NCBI GenBank assembly: GCA_964474435.1
Contig: CAYYSI010000001.1
Coordinates: 190,647 to 254,646, forward strand
Reading direction: 5' to 3'
Length of the DNA stretch: 64,000 nucleotides
Source of the DNA: an uncultured Candidatus Saccharibacteria bacterium
GTDB lineage: Bacteria > Patescibacteriota > Minisyncoccia > Phycocordibacterales > UBA9973
A program made the translations under genes and the position numbers. How positions within the stretch are numbered: position 1 is the stretch's first letter; every line of letters begins with the position of its first letter. Below, one piece after another: positions 39,449 through 49,006 of the stretch. The notes below the pieces were generated by a model. That model was not told the DNA's origin, did not search any database, and saw only the letters and a program-made list of their open reading frames with translations.

Positions 39449-40504
39449 ATGCAAAGCATTTTCATTATTATCGGCCTCGTTATCGGGGGCGCAGTCGTCT
39501 ATTTCATCACCAAAGGCAAGAAGTCACCGGTTGATGCCGAATCAACAACGGGCTTTTCGCTCCTCATGCAACAAGTCTCCGACCTCCAAAAGACTGTCGA
39601 TGCCAAACTTTCCGAAAGTGAACGGAGTATGCGCGAGAGCATGCAGCATCAGAGCTCACAATCTGCGAGAATCATTGGCGACATCACGGAACGCCTTGTC
39701 AGACTTGATGAGGGCAACAAACAAGTCATTGGCTTTGCCGAAGGACTCCAGCAACTCCAAGATATTTTGAAAAACCCAAAACAACGCGGCGTGCTTGGTG
39801 AATACTACCTCGAGACACTTTTGAAAAACATCATGCCGCCAAGCAGCTACGAAATGCAGTACAGCTTCCCTGACGGCACGATCGTCGACGCCGCAGTGTT
39901 TGTGAAAGACAAAGTGATCCCCGTCGACTCCAAGTTCTCCCTTGAAAACTACAATCGCATGATCGAAGAAAAAGAGCCGATGCGCAAAAAGGATCTCGCA
40001 AAGATATTTGAAAATGACCTCAAGAACCGCATTGCTGAGACAAGTAAATATATTCAACCCGAAAACAATACGATGGACTTCGCCTTTATGTTCATCCCCC
40101 ACGAAGCAATCTACTATGATCTCTTGGTGGGTACCGTCGGCACAGGAGATGAAGCCGAGAACTTGATCCAGCGGGCAGCAAGCAAGTATCGCGTTATCAT
40201 TGTGTCCCCTACCTCATTCCTTGCCTATCTGCAGACAGTGCTCCAAGGACTCAAGGCAATGCAGATCGAAGAGTCAGCCAAAGAGATCCGCAAGCGCGTC
40301 GATGAGCTGGGGCGACACCTCATGGCGTATGAGGAATACCACAACAAACTCGGCACCACCCTCAAGACCGTCGTGAACCATTACAACAGTGCTTCCAAAG
40401 AGCTCAAGAAGGTAGACAAAGATGTCATGCGCATCGCACAAACCGAAAGCGCGCTTGAACCTTTGGTCCTTGGGGATAGTGAGATCGAACGCACTACAGA
40501 ATAA
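39449..40504 (+). CDS. rmuC: DNA recombination protein RmuC
   Basis: N-terminal TM helix and coiled coil, RmuC family pattern. 351 aa. Confidence 0.75.
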   Translation: MQSIFIIIGLVIGGAVVYFITKGKKSPVDAESTTGFSLLMQQVSDLQKTVDAKLSESERSMRESMQHQSSQSARIIGDITERLVRLDEGNKQVIGFAEGLQQLQDILKNPKQRGVLGEYYLETLLKNIMPPSSYEMQYSFPDGTIVDAAVFVKDKVIPVDSKFSLENYNRMIEEKEPMRKKDLAKIFENDLKNRIAETSKYIQPENNTMDFAFMFIPHEAIYYDLLVGTVGTGDEAENLIQRAASKYRVIIVSPTSFLAYLQTVLQGLKAMQIEESAKEIRKRVDELGRHLMAYEEYHNKLGTTLKTVVNHYNSASKELKKVDKDVMRIAQTESALEPLVLGDSEIERTTE

Positions 40505-40509
40505 TCCAT

Positions 40510-40618
40510 CATAAATAAAAAATACCTTTTTGGAGTCGCGTATTTTTCTGCTGAAAAATCGCTGCTGCTCGGACCAGTCGTCCTGCGCAACACTCCAAAA
40601 AGGTATTTTTTATTTATT
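40510..40618. repeat. 26-bp perfect inverted repeat (ATAAATAAAAAATACCTTTTTGGAGT ... ACTCCAAAAAGGTATTTTTTATTTAT) with a ~57-nt structured loop; likely a bidirectional terminator
   Basis: Seen directly in the sequence, between the convergent rmuC and DUF3298 genes. Confidence 0.7.
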
Positions 40619-40628
40619 CAGCCAACAT

Positions 40629-41393
40629 TTACTTAAAGATTGCAGGATTTGCGATACCCTTGAACACTGATGTCGGTACCAAGATACTTTGCGTACCTGC
40701 TGCGTATGGCGCAACCTGGTATGCGTCAAAGATAAAGGTTACACCTGTATCGCTAATTACAAAGTTTTGATAATTTTCTGTCGTGCCTGCTGCGCCATCC
40801 TTAATCCATTCTGCATCACTGATATTTTTCTTGGTGATTTCTTTTTGGACAAATGTTGCGATTGTCTTGAGACCTGCTTCGCCGTTGGTAAACAGATCCT
40901 TGATACCTATCGCCTTGCCATTTTGGTCAAAGGCAAATGTGCGAGTTACTTGCAGGCCATGGGCGCCTCCAGTGTACGTCACAATGCTAAAGATGTACGT
41001 GTCGGCGTTGGTTGAACGGTCTTCGCGATAATCGACGTCGAGCGAGAGCGAGCCTTCAGATGCAGAATCAATACTAGGATCCATTGCCCATGAAGTGTCG
41101 TCTTTGAATGTTGCGATTTGGTCTTGGGCAAATGTTTTGAACTGGGCGTTGATGCGCTCATCGTTGGTCACCGGATACGCCACACTGATACTGTAGTATT
41201 GGTTTTCTTCTGCAATTGTTTCCTTTTTTACTTCAACTGACTGCCATGTGTCTCCAGTAGGGGTTGTCGTATCTGGTTGCTGTACAGTATCGACTGGTGG
41301 ATGCTGTTTGCTGTACCAGAAAAACCACGCAAGTGCTGCGACAATGACGATAGTGATGACGATGTATGCTTTTGAAGGTTTGTTGTTTTCCAT
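40629..41393 (-). CDS. DUF3298/DUF4163 (RsiV/PdaC-like) domain membrane-anchored protein
   Basis: N-terminal TM helix and a DUF4163-like pattern (YYSISVAYPV...YTGGAHG). Confidence 0.6.
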   Translation of the reverse strand: MENNKPSKAYIVITIVIVAALAWFFWYSKQHPPVDTVQQPDTTTPTGDTWQSVEVKKETIAEENQYYSISVAYPVTNDERINAQFKTFAQDQIATFKDDTSWAMDPSIDSASEGSLSLDVDYREDRSTNADTYIFSIVTYTGGAHGLQVTRTFAFDQNGKAIGIKDLFTNGEAGLKTIATFVQKEITKKNISDAEWIKDGAAGTTENYQNFVISDTGVTFIFDAYQVAPYAAGTQSILVPTSVFKGIANPAIFK

Positions 41394-41399
41394 ATGAAT

Positions 41400-41864
41400 T
41401 TAAAAGGTTATTGGTATCGAAAGTGAGTTATCAAACTGCGGCTCTCCACTGGCATTATCTTTTTGGAGGATGAGGTAGCCAGTACTACCTGCTGGCTGCG
41501 GAGCGTAGTTGAGCGTCACGGCAAATGGGACATAGTTTGCTGTCATCCAGTCCCCTTGTGCAGTCGCCGGAGCTTCTACGAGCACATTGCCCACACTATC
41601 GACAAGTCGCACTGGAAACGATGCCTCAAAGTACCATCCACCACGAGCCTTGCCTTTGACCACCAATGGTGACCCGATCTTGCTCTGCGGCAGTGGCGTG
41701 TCGACAATGATGAGGTCATCCTTTTGTGCAGGTGCACTTTCGGGGGCAAGCGTGGCAGGACTTGCTGGACCCGTAACCATCGGTGCAGTCGCATACTTGA
41801 ACAAGAGCCAGAACAAAAGCCCAAAAATGATAACAAAAAAGACTACGGCATATCGTTTCTTCAT
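41400..41864 (-). CDS. Gmad2 immunoglobulin-like domain protein
   Basis: N-terminal TM helix and the Gmad2 pattern (GKARGGWYFEASFPVRL...YVPF...GYLIL). Confidence 0.65.
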   Translation of the reverse strand: MKKRYAVVFFVIIFGLLFWLLFKYATAPMVTGPASPATLAPESAPAQKDDLIIVDTPLPQSKIGSPLVVKGKARGGWYFEASFPVRLVDSVGNVLVEAPATAQGDWMTANYVPFAVTLNYAPQPAGSTGYLILQKDNASGEPQFDNSLSIPITF

Positions 41865-41985
41865 ATGCTTGAATTATACACCCTCACAAGCTATAGTATG
41901 CAAGCACGACACACACTGGCCCTATCGTCCCCGCCTGCTCCCGACCATCGGGAGGGCGGGCAGGTATCGGTTAGGACAAATCCGC

Positions 41986-42249
41986 ATGTATTATATATAC
42001 GTTTTGAAAAGTAAGAAGGATCTGAAATATTATTATGGTCTTACTGTTGACTTAGGTAAAAGAGTAAGAGAACATAATAATGGTTCTGTAAAGTCGACCA
42101 AACCAAGAGCACCTTTTGAGTTGATATATTTTGAAACAACAGAAACGTTGCCAGATGCACGTAAGCGTGAAAAATATTTCAAAAGTGGTTTTGGAAGAAA
42201 ATACGTGCAGGGTAAAATTAAAGACATGGCCCCATCGTCTAACGGTTAG
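41986..42249 (+). CDS. GIY-YIG nuclease superfamily small protein
   Basis: MYYIYVLKS...YYYGLT...R...EHN motif. The 3' end overlaps tRNA-Glu by 22 nt. Confidence 0.65.
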   Translation: MYYIYVLKSKKDLKYYYGLTVDLGKRVREHNNGSVKSTKPRAPFELIYFETTETLPDARKREKYFKSGFGRKYVQGKIKDMAPSSNG

Positions 42250-42299
42250 GACGAATCCTTCTCAAGGATTAAATCGGAGTTCGATTCTCCGTGGGGTCA
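42228..42299 (+). tRNA. tRNA-Glu (anticodon CTC)
   Basis: Cloverleaf with acceptor stem GGCCCCA/TGGGGTC, D-arm TCGTCTAACGGTTAGGAC, anticodon loop TTCTCAA and T-loop TTCGATT. Confidence 0.8.
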
Positions 42300-42308
42300 C
42301 AGCAACAA

Positions 42309-42349
42309 GAAAACACGCCATCATGCGTGTTTTCTCTAAGTTGTTTTCA
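42309..42349 (+). terminator. Rho-independent terminator after tRNA-Glu
   Basis: GAAAACACGC / GCGTGTTTTC stem with a T-rich tail. Confidence 0.65.
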
Positions 42350-42358
42350 TATTGAATA

Positions 42359-42520
42359 ATTAGAGTACAGTAATCCCCATTGCCCCAAGGACTGAACGTA
42401 CCTTGGTGAGACCTTTGGTCATTGAACCCTTTTTGTAGCCGAGTCGCCGGGCTACTGCGATCAGATTGAGCTTCCCCGTCATCCATCGACGCTGGAGAAG
42501 CTTTTGTTGTTTGGTAAGCA
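42359..42520 (-). pseudogene. Possible remnant of an HTH-containing protein (53 aa ORF: MLTKQQKLLQRRWMTGKLNLIAVARRLGYKKGS...)
   Basis: Short ORF below the 60-aa cutoff with an HTH-like segment, next to a tRNA. Possible transposase or regulator fragment. Confidence 0.2.
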
Positions 42521-42706
42521 TTGTGTAGATAGATAGTTACTAATAATGTAAGTACTAGTACCGTTCATACCTAGCCAAATAGCTATGTGTACCAACTGAT
42601 GTTGATAATTTCTCCTCTTATTTTCATTAATGTACCGATGTTATCTCTAGTATTTCATACTGATTTTCCCGCGCAACCACACGCTGGGGAAAAATGAAAA
42701 TAATGC

Positions 42707-43450
42707 TTGTATATCAAGGGACTTTCTATTTTTTATTTTCGTGGTATGCTGCAGAAAAATGATCTTTATATGAAACAAACACAACTCTTTTTCCCTCAGT
42801 ATGCAATACCGACCTCTACACAACTACATGGCAATGTACTGTATTACCTCACCGGACTCTTGGATGCTGACTGGTATATCGATGGTATAGATATGATCAA
42901 TACCTACGATCCAGGCTGCTCTATTGCTTCTTTCAAGGATTATCCCGAAGACCATGCCCGACTACAAAGGTATGTCGTCCGAAAAAACACTTTTATTCCT
43001 TATGCCAATAAAAACGAATGGGATACGATCACGACCAGTTTAGCTGCGCAACATGGCGTAGTGCTCGTATGGATTCATAAGGATACTGATCAGTACAAAG
43101 CTGTTGCCGAACTTACGACATTGATCAGCTCACTCGTTGAGCAAAAGCGTACTCAGAAAAAAGATTTGGAGATTTCGTCACTACCAGTATTTCAAATAAA
43201 TATTGTTATTGGTATCGAAGACTCTCGTCAGGCCAAGGCGTTGGAACAACAGTTAAGTTTCAAGTATGGCAAAAGGTTCCCAGTACACACAACCCTGACA
43301 GCTACCGTATCTCACACTATCAATCTCCAAAAACTACAGCGCTTAAAAGCTATTGAGCGATCTATCTCTTTGGAGAAATTTGAACGATTTAATGCATTTG
43401 TCACTCGGTACAAACTTAAAAGAAAAATTGCTGGCACTACCATACGGTAG
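42707..43450 (+). CDS. Hypothetical protein (247 aa)
   Basis: ORF in an AT-rich stretch. A 14-bp direct repeat (GGTAGTGCTTTTTA) occurs twice at 43445-43492, just downstream. Confidence 0.4.
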   Translation: MYIKGLSIFYFRGMLQKNDLYMKQTQLFFPQYAIPTSTQLHGNVLYYLTGLLDADWYIDGIDMINTYDPGCSIASFKDYPEDHARLQRYVVRKNTFIPYANKNEWDTITTSLAAQHGVVLVWIHKDTDQYKAVAELTTLISSLVEQKRTQKKDLEISSLPVFQINIVIGIEDSRQAKALEQQLSFKYGKRFPVHTTLTATVSHTINLQKLQRLKAIERSISLEKFERFNAFVTRYKLKRKIAGTTIR

Positions 43451-43489
43451 TGCTTTTTAATTAAAAAAACACTACGTGGGTAGTGCTTT

Positions 43490-43738
43490 TTATACTAGTA
43501 CTATGCAAGCATGTTTGGGAAATCCAAGTAACCCTCCTTTTATTTTTTCTTCATAGTACTCTACGGCTTTTATTTTTCCTGCATATTTTAATGCAAGCAT
43601 TCCTGATGAAAATGCTATCTGACGATTATATGTTTCAACACAAGGAATAGTGTATTGAATATCTACATTAATCCATGCAGTTTTTATATATTCTGGAAAT
43701 GGACCGTACAGTGCTTGAGTAATTCGAAGCTTTGCCAT
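43490..43738 (-). CDS. Hypothetical protein (82 aa)
   Basis: ORF only. Confidence 0.3.
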   Translation of the reverse strand: MAKLRITQALYGPFPEYIKTAWINVDIQYTIPCVETYNRQIAFSSGMLALKYAGKIKAVEYYEEKIKGGLLGFPKHACIVLV

Positions 43739-43788
43739 GTTGTATCAATTTTGATTCGATACTACCTATTTAAGAGGGATAAGTCAAT

Positions 43789-44454
43789 TTAGAGCTCTGC
43801 AGGAATCTCAACTGGTTGTTCAACGATTGCTTGGGGTGCAGCAGTTTGGTACTGGGCAAGAAGTATGACATAGAGCTTGGCGACGAGAATACTTGCAAGC
43901 GGGTATGCAATGAGAATACCGATACCGAGCGCAATAAATCCGAGAATGTAGAGTCCCACAGCAATCAGCATCACCCAAAATATTTTCCAGAAATGACCTT
44001 TTGTCATATTCCATGAAAACCGAAGTGATGCGCGAACACCTTCTTTGCGATCAAGGTAGGAAAAGTTGCTAAATGATAACCGAACTGCGACATAGATTCC
44101 TGGAAGAATAAGGAGAATAAATCCGCACAATGTAAGAAGGCCACCAAGAATAGCGATGCCGATAATCGTCAAAAACTCTCGCACACTTGGAAGCATGTCT
44201 TGGATTGAACCAATGAGGAGTTTGCCTTCATCATTGCGTGCGGCCGCGAGCGACACCTTCATCCATACGATCGCCCACACCATTGATGCAATACCAATAA
44301 CACACGAAAGGAGCCATGGGATATGTGTGCTGTTGCCTGTAATACCCAAAGCGATAGATATAGTAGAAACCGTCAGGAAGAATTTGAGATGTTTCTTAAA
44401 GAGTGCCCAAGCCTCTCTGAGTGTGCTGCCAATAGAAAAAGTGAATGTGTTCAT
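43789..44454 (-). CDS. Polytopic membrane protein (DUF975-like)
   Basis: Six predicted TM helices. Sits downstream of ftsI. Confidence 0.45.
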   Translation of the reverse strand: MNTFTFSIGSTLREAWALFKKHLKFFLTVSTISIALGITGNSTHIPWLLSCVIGIASMVWAIVWMKVSLAAARNDEGKLLIGSIQDMLPSVREFLTIIGIAILGGLLTLCGFILLILPGIYVAVRLSFSNFSYLDRKEGVRASLRFSWNMTKGHFWKIFWVMLIAVGLYILGFIALGIGILIAYPLASILVAKLYVILLAQYQTAAPQAIVEQPVEIPAEL

Positions 44455-44459
44455 AAGAT

Positions 44460-46202
44460 TTAGCGATCTGGCGCAATGCCGTAATAATTGTTCATGAACT
44501 GTACCATATTGAAGAATGGGTCAGCAAGCGTCTGGATCGCAAAGAGTGCGCCCTTGGGGTAGACGTTAAAGAGGTAGAGCACGTAGCGTGGCTTGCTTGC
44601 TGGGAAGAATCCGATGAGCGAGTGCAGGTTGCGATCAGTGTAGTACCCACTGCCATCAGTACGCGCGATCTGGGCCGTACCAGTCTTGGCGGCGACAGTG
44701 TAGTGCGGCAGGCCTTTGTGGTAGCCATCGTCGACGACGTGCACGAGCATGTTGGTGATCGTCGAGACGGTTTCTGGTTTGAGTACGCGCACACCTTCGG
44801 GGTACTCGATGTCAGTAATCGTGCCATTTGCTTCAATGATCTTTGAGGCAATGTGAGGGGTCACGAGTGTCCCCCCGTTTGCGATCGACGCAAAGCCGCG
44901 CACGATGTTGATCGGACTCGTCGCAATACCTTGTCCAAAGGATGCGGCTGCATAGTTGATGTCGTTGCTGTCCTTGAGACTGCCGACTGCCCCATTGACC
45001 TCGCCCGGCAGATCGATGCCAGTCTTTTCACCAAGTTTGTATTTGTTCACGAGATACTCCTTAAACGTTGCCTTGCCCATTTTCTGCTCCACAAAGATCA
45101 TGCCCGTGTTGAGGGATTCATTGAGCACGCGCTGCATGGTCACGTTGTTGCCGCGGCCGACCTTGTCGAAGTTGTTGAGGGTCTTGCCATCTATCGTGAT
45201 CGATCCTTTGTCGTTGTAGGTCGTCGCTGGAGTCACGGCGCCCACATCGATCGCACCTGCCATCACGAGAGGCTTCACAATAGATCCCATTTCGTATCGA
45301 CTTTGTGCAAAGGGGTTGTTGTAGGTGCTTGGATCTTTGACGGAGCCATAGGCATTGAGGTCAAAGTTGGGCGCTGCTGCCATCGCAATGATGTCACCAG
45401 TGTATGGATCCATGATCACTCCACCCACTGAGTCACTGCCCCATTTCTGCTGTACCTCAGATACTGCTTGCTCGAGCTGGGATTGTACCGTGGGCTCGAT
45501 GGTGGTCACGATGTCGCCGGTGGACGCAGTATTTTTGAAAATAGTCGACTGCATATTGGCAAAGATTTCTGCAAAGAAGTTTACATAAAAGTTGCCTGCA
45601 TCACGCGAGAGGACGTCGTTGTAGTATTCTTCGAGTCCATAACTTCCCGAAAGTGAGCTGCCTTTAAATGAGACGAACCCGATCGTGCGTGCCGCAAGAG
45701 TCCCGCCTGGATAAAATCTCCATTTTTCTCGCACGAGACTCACCCCTGCAAGTTTCTTGGCGGTGATGGCCGCTGCTGCTTTTTCGGATACATGGACTGC
45801 GACTTCTTCGTATGGGTCTTTTTTCTTTGCGGCCTTTTCAAAAAACGTCTCGCGCTCTATCGGTGTTATGGCATTGATCGCATCAAATGTTGCTTGTTCG
45901 TCCTTGATGAGGTTTGGGACAATGGCGATCTTGAACCCATTGGCAACGGTGGCTGCAGCAACCGTCGTACCGTCCTTGCTGGTGAAATACACATTGCCGC
46001 GATCAAAGCTGTCAGCGGATGGCGTCACGTACTGATGCTCTGCTCGATCTTTATAAAAACTTGCGTTGATGATCTGTAATGAAAAAAGCCGTCCGATCAC
46101 CAAAAGGCCAATCGCGATAACAATCCCGATGATGATGCGAATCCGGCGTCGATGTATCTTAGCGTCCAACATTCCACGCAAAGGCTTTTTGCGGTGCAGC
46201 AA
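44460..46202 (-). CDS. ftsI: Penicillin-binding protein (FtsI-type transpeptidase)
   Basis: TM anchor, SxxK (GSIVKP) and KTGT motifs. Lies in the mraZ-rsmH-ftsL-ftsI order. Confidence 0.85.
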   Translation of the reverse strand: MLHRKKPLRGMLDAKIHRRRIRIIIGIVIAIGLLVIGRLFSLQIINASFYKDRAEHQYVTPSADSFDRGNVYFTSKDGTTVAAATVANGFKIAIVPNLIKDEQATFDAINAITPIERETFFEKAAKKKDPYEEVAVHVSEKAAAAITAKKLAGVSLVREKWRFYPGGTLAARTIGFVSFKGSSLSGSYGLEEYYNDVLSRDAGNFYVNFFAEIFANMQSTIFKNTASTGDIVTTIEPTVQSQLEQAVSEVQQKWGSDSVGGVIMDPYTGDIIAMAAAPNFDLNAYGSVKDPSTYNNPFAQSRYEMGSIVKPLVMAGAIDVGAVTPATTYNDKGSITIDGKTLNNFDKVGRGNNVTMQRVLNESLNTGMIFVEQKMGKATFKEYLVNKYKLGEKTGIDLPGEVNGAVGSLKDSNDINYAAASFGQGIATSPINIVRGFASIANGGTLVTPHIASKIIEANGTITDIEYPEGVRVLKPETVSTITNMLVHVVDDGYHKGLPHYTVAAKTGTAQIARTDGSGYYTDRNLHSLIGFFPASKPRYVLYLFNVYPKGALFAIQTLADPFFNMVQFMNNYYGIAPDR

Positions 46203-46500
46203 ATGACACCGAGTCAGTAGTAATGAAGCCCGTGCTGTGTGCGTATTCTTTGGTCAGACTTTTTTGTGAAGAAAGGAACTCAAGCTCCTGCTGTCCCATC
46301 GTCGAGATCAATGATTTGGTGTCTTGTTCAAGTCCTCGTTCCTTGATGACAGAGAATGTAATTGCACCGACGAAATACAAATAGCATGCAAAGAATACTC
46401 CTGCACTCATCCAACTATATACGGCGATTGATTTCAATGTCTTGTTTATATCAAGGGTACTTGCGGCGTCGATGGTCTTTTTGGTAATAGTGTTGATCAT
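46159..46500 (-). CDS. ftsL: Cell division protein FtsL-like
   Basis: Small bitopic protein between rsmH and ftsI. Confidence 0.55.
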   Translation of the reverse strand: MINTITKKTIDAASTLDINKTLKSIAVYSWMSAGVFFACYLYFVGAITFSVIKERGLEQDTKSLISTMGQQELEFLSSQKSLTKEYAHSTGFITTDSVSFAAPQKAFAWNVGR

Positions 46501-47390
46501 TTCTCTATTGTTTTTTCGAGTATCCGGAGCTTGGCGCTACGACTTCGAGGGTTAGCTTGTAATTCGACAGTACTTGCGACGATAGGTTTCTTGGTGATAA
46601 CGCGTTCATGCGTTTGGGTTTTCATCCATTGCTTCACAATGCGATCTTCGAGAGAGTGAAAGGTAATGACGGCGATGCGACCTCCGGGGAGTATTCGACT
46701 CCACCATGCGTCCAGGGCCTCTTTGAGGACTCCGAGCTCATCGTTTACGGCGATGCGGAATGCTTGGAAGGTCTTGGTTGCTGGGTGAATGCGCCCTCGA
46801 CTTTTGAATGCTGCCTTGATGATGTCGGCAAGCTGAAGCGAGGTTTTGATCTCGCCCAACTCTCGTGCTTCGACAATTGCACGAGCAATCTTGCGACTGC
46901 TTCGGTCTTCGCCATAGGCGTAGATGATGTCGGCGATTGATTCTTCTTCCCAACTGTTTACGATATCTGAGGCAGTAAACCCCGTATGTGAACCGTTTTC
47001 TGAGAACGCCATGGATAATGGTGCATCAGATTGGAATGAAAATCCGCGAGTGTCAGCGAGCAGCTGAAATGTGCTCGTCCCGAGATCAAGCAATACTTTG
47101 TTGACTGCTTTTTTGCCGGTAACAGCCAGTATCGTATCTGCATCTTTGAAGTTGGCATGGACAAACATCGCGTGCTTATTAAATCCGATGACTTCTTTGT
47201 AGCGCTCTTGTGCCGCTTCATCGAGGTCAACACAGATGAGCGCAATGTCGTCATGCTCGTCGAGCATCGTGCGTGAATGTCCGCCTCCACCAAATGTCCC
47301 GTCGACAATGATGTCGCCTGGTGCAATGGCGAGGCCGTCAATACTTTCGTGTAAAAGGACAGGTATATGCAGTGACGTATGTGTGCTCAT
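46497..47390 (-). CDS. rsmH: 16S rRNA (cytosine1402-N4)-methyltransferase RsmH/MraW
   Basis: HIPVLLHESIDGL...DGTFGGGGHS N-terminal signature. Confidence 0.9.
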   Translation of the reverse strand: MSTHTSLHIPVLLHESIDGLAIAPGDIIVDGTFGGGGHSRTMLDEHDDIALICVDLDEAAQERYKEVIGFNKHAMFVHANFKDADTILAVTGKKAVNKVLLDLGTSTFQLLADTRGFSFQSDAPLSMAFSENGSHTGFTASDIVNSWEEESIADIIYAYGEDRSSRKIARAIVEARELGEIKTSLQLADIIKAAFKSRGRIHPATKTFQAFRIAVNDELGVLKEALDAWWSRILPGGRIAVITFHSLEDRIVKQWMKTQTHERVITKKPIVASTVELQANPRSRSAKLRILEKTIEK

Positions 47391-47392
47391 AG

Positions 47393-47836
47393 CTAGAGAA
47401 CTCCGATTGTGCCGAGATGGTTGGCGAGCTTGTCAGCCTTGGTCTCCACATCGCGCTTGTACGCCTTCCATGTTGTCTCTTCCCACAGTTCAACACGGGT
47501 GTACAAGCCGACGATCGCGACCTTGTCTTTGATGCCGAGCTTCTCCTTGAGTACTTCGGGGATCAAGATGCGGCCATTGGCGTCCACTGCGACTTCGGAC
47601 GCCCCTCCAATGAGGTAGCGACTGAAGCTTCGGTTTTCTTCTTGCAATGAGCCTTCGGCGAGCCGATCCACGGTCTTTTTCCATTGAGCAGGTGTAAACA
47701 CAAAGAGAGATTTCTCAATCCCAGGTGCTATCACAACCGACTTGCCCATTTCCTTGCGGAACTTGATGGGAAAGGATAGTCGGTTTTTGTCGTCGATGGA
47801 ATGGATATATTCGCCAATTAACATTTCGTAACTCAC
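47393..47836 (-). CDS. mraZ: Transcriptional regulator MraZ
   Basis: Duplicated MraZ motif (DDKNRLSFP and DANGRILIP). Confidence 0.85.
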   Translation of the reverse strand: MSYEMLIGEYIHSIDDKNRLSFPIKFRKEMGKSVVIAPGIEKSLFVFTPAQWKKTVDRLAEGSLQEENRSFSRYLIGGASEVAVDANGRILIPEVLKEKLGIKDKVAIVGLYTRVELWEETTWKAYKRDVETKADKLANHLGTIGVL

Positions 47837-48034
47837 TTTCTCTATTTACCACTTCTTCCCACTTGTACCCATTATACCCCACCTTGCTCCCCTGCTGCAA
47901 AGGAATGGGTGTGGATAAAGGAGGTGTCAAAGTGATTATTGACAAATATATAAAATATGCTAAAATAATATCAGTTAGAGAGATTCTAACTTTGGTAGTG
48001 GGTTTTCCCTATCAATATTCAAAAACTGAATAAA

Positions 48035-48457
48035 ATGTTCTCTAAAAAGAAAAAAGTGAGAGAAGTTTTCCTCACAAAGTCATCAATCGCTGTTTTGGAT
48101 ATTGCAAAACAGATCCTTACATTTATATTGAAACGTAAAAAATTTGAATTAATTCATATTCATGTGAATTTTTTTGAAAAAGAATCTCAAAATCAAAAAG
48201 TTGAAGCTGCCGTATATTTTAAGTACGCTTCATGTAGTATAGAATTCACACTTACTTTCTGGATCAAAGAAAGCTATAACATGTGGAAATCTTTACCGAA
48301 TGGTTCAGTGCTCGTTGAGCATTACAACAAGACCGACAGCTTCTATTTAGCTTTCATGGATGAAGATGGGTCTGTTACCTTTAGTGATCTTGAGGATGAG
48401 AAAAAACTTAAAGATTTACAGCGTAGATTAGCTGAAATCTATCCTCAATCTCCTTAA
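48035..48457 (+). CDS. Hypothetical protein (140 aa)
   Basis: ORF followed by a terminator. Confidence 0.4.
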   Translation: MFSKKKKVREVFLTKSSIAVLDIAKQILTFILKRKKFELIHIHVNFFEKESQNQKVEAAVYFKYASCSIEFTLTFWIKESYNMWKSLPNGSVLVEHYNKTDSFYLAFMDEDGSVTFSDLEDEKKLKDLQRRLAEIYPQSP

Positions 48458-48483
48458 GATTAGGGAGTAAAAATTAGAATTGA

Positions 48484-48516
48484 AAAACCCCGACCATAAA
48501 TCGGGGTTTTATTTAT
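48484..48516. terminator. Bidirectional rho-independent terminator
   Basis: AAAACCCCGA / TCGGGGTTTT stem with flanking T/A runs. Serves the hypothetical gene (+) and greA (-). Confidence 0.75.
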
Positions 48517-48521
48517 TCAAT

Positions 48522-48980
48522 CTAACTCACACTCACAATCTCATACGTCACCTCTCCTTTTGGGGTTGCAACGTTGACGCGATCGCCTTGTTTCTTTTGG
48601 TAGAGCGATTGGCCCAGTGGTGACTTGTACGAGATCTTGCCTGACAACATATCCGTCTCTTCACTCCCTACCATCGTCAGTGTGCGCGTATTTGATTCCC
48701 CTTCTTTTTGAATGACGACTATTGATCCTACATTGATCGTGCCGTCAGTTGAGTGCTTTACGACTTCGGCATTTTTGAGGACATTTTCGATGATAGAAAT
48801 ACGCTCTTGGAGTTTGCCCTGTTCTTCGCGGGCGATATGATACTCGGCATTTTCAGAAAGGTCGCCAAGTGACTTGGCGTATTCGATCGCAGAGACGATT
48901 TCTTTGCGCTTCACAGTCGTGAGGTATTTGTACTCAGCTTCGAGCGCTTCCTTGTTTTCTTTGGTGATAAATTCCTTCAT
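48522..48980 (-). CDS. greA: Transcription elongation factor GreA
   Basis: N-terminal coiled coil and a C-terminal FKBP-like domain. 152 aa. Confidence 0.85.
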   Translation of the reverse strand: MKEFITKENKEALEAEYKYLTTVKRKEIVSAIEYAKSLGDLSENAEYHIAREEQGKLQERISIIENVLKNAEVVKHSTDGTINVGSIVVIQKEGESNTRTLTMVGSEETDMLSGKISYKSPLGQSLYQKKQGDRVNVATPKGEVTYEIVSVS

Positions 48981-49006
48981 AAAGCAGATACTATACAGTA
49001 TATGTA

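Noticed and set aside
41587-41985. N-terminal 133 codons of the 220-aa ORF containing the GIY-YIG domain
   Set aside because: This portion overlaps the Gmad2 gene on the opposite strand and has no GIY-YIG homology. CDS trimmed to the ATG at 41986.
42262-42486. 74-aa minus-strand ORF overlapping tRNA-Glu
   Set aside because: Overlaps the tRNA and its terminator. A different-frame 53-aa HTH-like fragment is noted instead as a low-confidence pseudogene.
47880-47950. MraZ-binding direct repeats upstream of mraZ
   Set aside because: A few GTGGG-like pentamers are present, but no regularly spaced repeat series could be confidently delineated by eye.
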